DNA of 62,179 nucleotides, the filler included, from Babesia bigemina (taxonomy: Eukaryota), in the NCBI RefSeq assembly GCF_000981445.1. It is 5 parts of 5 records of this genome, joined end to end, with 100 filler letters (N's around TTAATTAATTAA, not from the genome) between each part and the next. Parts side by side here need not be neighbours in the genome. Positions count along the whole stretch, not along the records: positions 46,940 to 62,179 come from NW_012237233.1; 4 more parts are not named here. One strand, written 5' to 3'. Under the pieces are notes generated by a model. It did no database searches. It was not told the DNA's origin and worked only from the letters and a program-made list of their open reading frames with translations. Position 1 is the stretch's first letter. The number at the start of each line of letters is the position of its first letter. The position numbers and the translations under genes were made by a program. Of this stretch, positions 59,301-62,179 are shown piece by piece.

Positions 59301-59422
59301 TCGACCTGCTCCACATCAAATCGCATTTGCATAGTCCGTCATCACATCGTATCGCTGCCCAATCACTACTTGCTGCTGCACGTGTTAACAAACTGGGGAA
59401 AGTGTTTTATCTGCAACCATAA
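53327..59422 (+). CDS. ves1: ves1-family antigen ORF (~2030 codons), VFYLQP class, no native start
   Basis: Frame opens after TAA 53324-53326; SKLISLGHLAGQLGGFVG, GIVYSDLDRLCD, FANPRHPELL, and tail RVNKLGKVFYLQP. Confidence 0.9.
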   Translation, partial: LADTDHSLSDDATRRALEDIVSKLISLGHLAGQLGGFVGESESVKKAVKNAIIAQINSTEELKKLYSPYVSNLSESVNSADQAGDTEKISELKDKITTEITLTEEAIKNLKPTEINSPPSPSSSAESDKLHSKLEALRKVKELCGFHENLNSAENNPKTLLDNLCSGLEKFLGFNPSSKGYTGQGIVYSDLDRLCDAVMGFLSGVLGAVKNTQTYNVGKNTLQNLVSNEINNHLCSGHEGFKRLFEKLPKEIEKYNREVQESNKRVRNVITTMNKRMETRKNKVSQILTHNAAADTFENVKSAETSVISELAEVIHYVEIFLTDMNSADKNILDLNSNCKTNVNSAKDNIFYESTRLHRLSDKASNDLKDMNKKITDVLTILQMTVNEEISKRVTELVSTLKGLVGEIKRKLELINVLLKKYINTITRWMLRTETHIQSLRKQHVEKVIQLADGGDGSWRKEITIRAEELKNAKKKLEDYIDNDIKPTLTRLVTEALGKVKDMDAALKGDLKRVKDAVQGKVEEIKTAIEVLGRKFTDVDGVAAPTNAYEIMKHFQLNVTTIKDNVGHDNTPGKSNAGSIDFNWDSLKRQLNWDVEGLTGNSGKLKKIVDGIKKYAEGFENGKFITVLTEWVKEIVEEDEGVISSKITNYSLLIKGNGVLNATKNNVRAAIKAKLPERINTGIKAAAVAVQLRNATVHNIGDLFQKFVTQVGSELIGDAGISILGTAAQEIEKSSELGLAGVQSRHRPNLTDAVASIARSIVNNFKRIAAEVKRFATDTQIQNLSTAIEQIEDIGTQFDEEDDTKDDHDIDHGAKINKALKAVKPVIKTLHDSLDQALQVTSASGGLTNDSNAAAVDTAIRGVTEELKKHFPADSDSKVTLDKDATFVEYNGFVNQAPEKLSSLSNPDFDTIKAAGTLPAAIGDIGSTALNITVKNTTDVLETFSKEMTDNLTKLMTKIYETSKDMNEYLNALKDGSVGKELKGIRDKLSDLQSDKLVNAIESADSLIKYADDEKNRLINNLQHYVTCQVDIAKNSLTTAARRNYVTSVKQLLTAFADKVGQELAPLPGEIERDLRIGFKGLMRVMGGVSSVNGEPVAASGGINTGAKSLLEKINEVVQPAKPSASMKDTFTKLSEAFNTYFNPIHTYVNAQINSENASDPQALRDITADNVQLLGTVNSNFNNLLEHLKKDINPPRTYIFDHTYTNLLSTLSTSLHLLSPSLFANPRHPELLDAVRAGLQGFVEEMGRVYVNGYDGHKEKVDMNELLDNKDKLTDNGRNLSKACMTIIMILNNDFLNLLERCSAAKFQTIYASSGKNNNVLGDFLSSCGYKVSKSYNTQEGELKNKSDRAGQAVYMSIMTKKIDNAEKVGSLKKWKEEKNAQYLVTANYNRKVEEITVFDIVDFLYDSLNLYNDVCHLSALTSTKKPCSVYEMLLWLSGLPHHHAYYAMRDVAILEVIETINKVDNKKEGKQDGATDEDTITVTELKTDSVFLEAYPRKVTYESMRTVVTHICSEAYDLLINIAGHGDEFTTYASDFSNNAMKFHYPASREDCLDMLLDILRRVLPTLQFLLNQCKLSTKHGGWKACKYGKDMPSAKLPCKQHPTDEATGQPARQATSQPNTQPKCQPTCEPNCQPTSPLMSYLNDCLPGHLPHQLTKIGCKYECSTCLSTAKKGMPCLTPLGFREFSGSIKTGDDLCEVLSRFFSNDLMWSLFCLSPTPPKTLPEHFDFALSLVNGISAETNAHSVVLQTLQYAFEESIGEQSIMLYAEKSDFVYALKQAYGSPYPEHGQCTDAHLRNLTAYDSCKQKTNRELECAPYLSALCRQSYRHLPKNHCNLYLSWAIYLPWDFWRLLQNLYNDFCNILCADWGCRSCLRGDKCKRGKHGVIDKDTPTATCQCTSMVTCKGVSPTLYQYGFRFENPSSLNHHTYPNKCADFCTQLNKLLNSKYFTDLFDTCDKFLFTIRAPFIWLNVALWLLSFLYLLHIMVIRLDLLHIKSHLHSPSSHRIAAQSLLAAARVNKLGKVFYLQP

Positions 59423-59543
59423 TCGTACTCACGTGTTTACTGTCTACACTCACCTAGCATCACCTACTCACCTAAACTATAGATTGTGCTTTAATTTGTT
59501 GTATTACTCATTAATCGTTGTATGTGATATTGTAGTAGTTAAC

Positions 59544-59692
59544 TAAAGTGTTGACCAATGCTATGACCAAAGTGGGGACCAATGCCATGACCAAGGTGTT
59601 GACCAACGTGTTGACCAACGTGGTGACCAAAGTGCTACCCAAAGTGGTGACCAGTGTGGTGACCAATGTGCGGACCAATGTGTTGACCAAGT
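59544..59692 (+). repeat. 12-bp satellite
   Basis: Read directly. Confidence 0.92.
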
Positions 59693-59694
59693 TG

Positions 59695-60804
59695 ATGGTC
59701 ACGGCAGCGATGACATGGTTACGGCAGAGATGACATGGTCACGGCAGCGGTGACATGGTCACGGCAGCGATGACACGGTCACGGCAGCGGTGACATGGTC
59801 ACGGCAGCGATGACATGGTCACGGCAGCGAGGACATGGTCACGGCAGCGATGACATGGTTACGGCAGCGATGTCATGGTCACGGCAGCGATGTCATGGTC
59901 ACGGCAACGATGACAGTTGATGGTTACGGCAGCGATGACATGGTGACGGCAGCGATGACAATTGATGGTCACGGCAGCGATGACATGGTGACGGCAGCGA
60001 TGACAGTTGATGGTTACGGCAGCGATGACAGTTGATGGTCACGGCAGCGATGACAGTTGATGGTTACGGCAGCGATGACAGTTGATGGTCACGGCAGCGA
60101 TGACAGTTGATGGTTACGGCAGCGAGGACATGGTTACGGCAGTGGTGACGTGGAACGGCAGCGATGATATGGACACGGCAGCGATGACATGGTTACGGCA
60201 GCGATGACATGGTGACGGCAGCGATGACATGGTCACGGCAGCGATGACATGGTCACGGCAGCGATGACATGGTAACGGCAGCGATGACATGGACAAGGCA
60301 GCGATGACATGGTTACGGCAGCGATGACATGGGCACGGCAGCGATGACATGGTTACCGCGGCGATGACATGGACACGGCAGCGATGACATAGTTACGGCA
60401 GCGATGACATGGACAAGGCAGCGATGACATGGTCACAGCAGCGATGACAGTTAATGGTCACGGCAGCGATGACATGGACACGGCAGCGACGACATGGTCA
60501 CGGCAGCGATGATAGTTAATGGTTACGGCAGCGATGACATGGACACGGCAGCGACGACATGGTCACGGCAGCGATGATAGTTAATGGTCACGGCAGCGAT
60601 GACATGGTTACGGCAGCGATGACATGGTCACGGCAGCGATGACATGGTTACGGCAGCGAAGACATGGTCACGGCAGCGATGACATGGACACGGCAGCGAT
60701 GACATGGTCACGGCAGCGATGACATGGACACGGTAGCGATGACATGGTCACGGCAGCGATGACATGGTTACGGCAGCGATGACATGGTTACGGCAGCGAG
60801 GACA
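59695..60804 (+). repeat. 20-bp satellite with a run of 24-bp variants
   Basis: Read directly. Confidence 0.95.
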
Positions 60805-60823
60805 GTGACACAAGTGGTGATTA

Positions 60824-62179
60824 TTACCCACTCTACATCGCCCCTTAACCCACTCCACATCGCCCCTTTACCCACTCTACATCGCCCCTTAACCCACTAA
60901 ACATCGCCCCTTTATCCACTCAACATCGCCCCTTAACCCACTCTACATCGCCCCTTTATCCACTCCACATCGCCCCTTTACCCACCCTACATCGCCCCTT
61001 AACCCACTCTACATCGCCCCTTAACCCACTCCTCATCGCCCCTTAACACACTCTACATCGCCCCTTAACCCACTCTACATCGCTCCCTAGCCCACTCTAC
61101 ATCGCCCCCTAACCCACTCTACATCGCCCCTTATCCACTCTACATCGCTCCCTAACCCACTCCACATCGCCCCTTACCCACTCTACATCGCCCCTTTACC
61201 CACTCTACATCGCCCCTTTATCCACTCCACATCGCCCCTTTACCCACCCTACATCGCCCCTTAACCCACTCTACATCGCCCCTTTACCCACTCCTCATCG
61301 CCCCTTAACACACTCTACATCGCCCCTTAACCCACTCTACATCGCCCCTTTACCCACTCTACATCGCCCCTTTATCCACTCCACATCGCCCCTTTACCCA
61401 CTCTACATCGCCCCTTATCCACTCTACATCGCCCCTTTACCCACTCTACATCGCTCCTTAACCCACTCTACATCGCCCCTTAACCCACTCTACATCGCTC
61501 CCTAACCCACTCTACATCGCTCCTAACCCACTCCACATCGCTCCCTAACCCACTCCACATCGCCCCTTTATCCACTCTACATCGCTCCCTAACCCACTCT
61601 ACATCGCCCCTTTATCCACTCTACATCGCCCCTTTATCCACTCTACATCGCCCCTTTATCCACTCTACATCGCCCCTTTATCCACTCTACATCGCCCCTT
61701 TATCCACTCTACATCGCTCCTTAACCCACTCTACATCGCTCCTTTATCCACTCTACATCGCTCCTTTATCCACTCTACATCGCCCCTTAACCCACTCTAC
61801 ATCGCCCCTTTACCCACTCTACATCGCTCCCTAATCCACTCTACATCGCCCCTTACCCACTCTACATCGCCCCTTTATCCACTCTACATCGCCCCTTAAC
61901 CCACTCTACATCGCCCCTTAACCCACTCTACATCGCTCCCTAACCCACTCTACATCGCCCTTTAACCCACTCTACATCGCTCCTTAACCCACTCTACATC
62001 GCCCCTTTATCCACTCTACATCGCCCCTTTACCCACTCTACATCGCCCCTTACCCACTCTACACCGCCCCTTACCCACTCCACATCGCTCCTTTATCCAC
62101 TCTACATCGCTCCCTAACCCACTCGACATCGCTCCTTAACCCGCTCTACATCGCCCCTTTATCCACTCTACATCGCTCC
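60824..62179 (+). repeat. 22-bp satellite running to the window end (another ves cassette predicted downstream)
   Basis: Read directly. Confidence 0.95.

Overview
Eukaryotic sequence, most consistent with Babesia sensu stricto (B. bigemina/B. ovata-like, judged from the ves protein motifs). It is five assembly contigs joined by artificial 100-nt N44-TTAATTAATTAA-N44 linkers, so nothing can be inferred about adjacency across a linker. Contig 1 (1-11011) is a chromosome end. It holds the 5' part of a ves1 (variant erythrocyte surface antigen) gene with a normal ATG N-terminus and unique upstream DNA, a multi-AT-hook protein gene, a 3-kb higher-order 22-bp subtelomeric satellite and a GGGTTT(T)A telomere tract. 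Contigs 2-5 are head-to-tail arrays of long ves1 ORFs. Where the upstream DNA is fully visible it is the same ordered 12-bp, 20-bp and 22-bp satellite block, usually followed by a degenerate stop-containing leader. None of the six array copies whose 5' end is visible has the N-terminus of the contig-1 gene, so they look like 5'-truncated donor cassettes. ves copies ending QVGRLAKISYLQP are followed by a second module: 24-bp repeats, a conserved unique spacer, a ~75-bp array whose units read as micro-intron plus micro-exon, a small 18-20-Cys single-TM gene, and spare copies of two alternative TM/tail segments.
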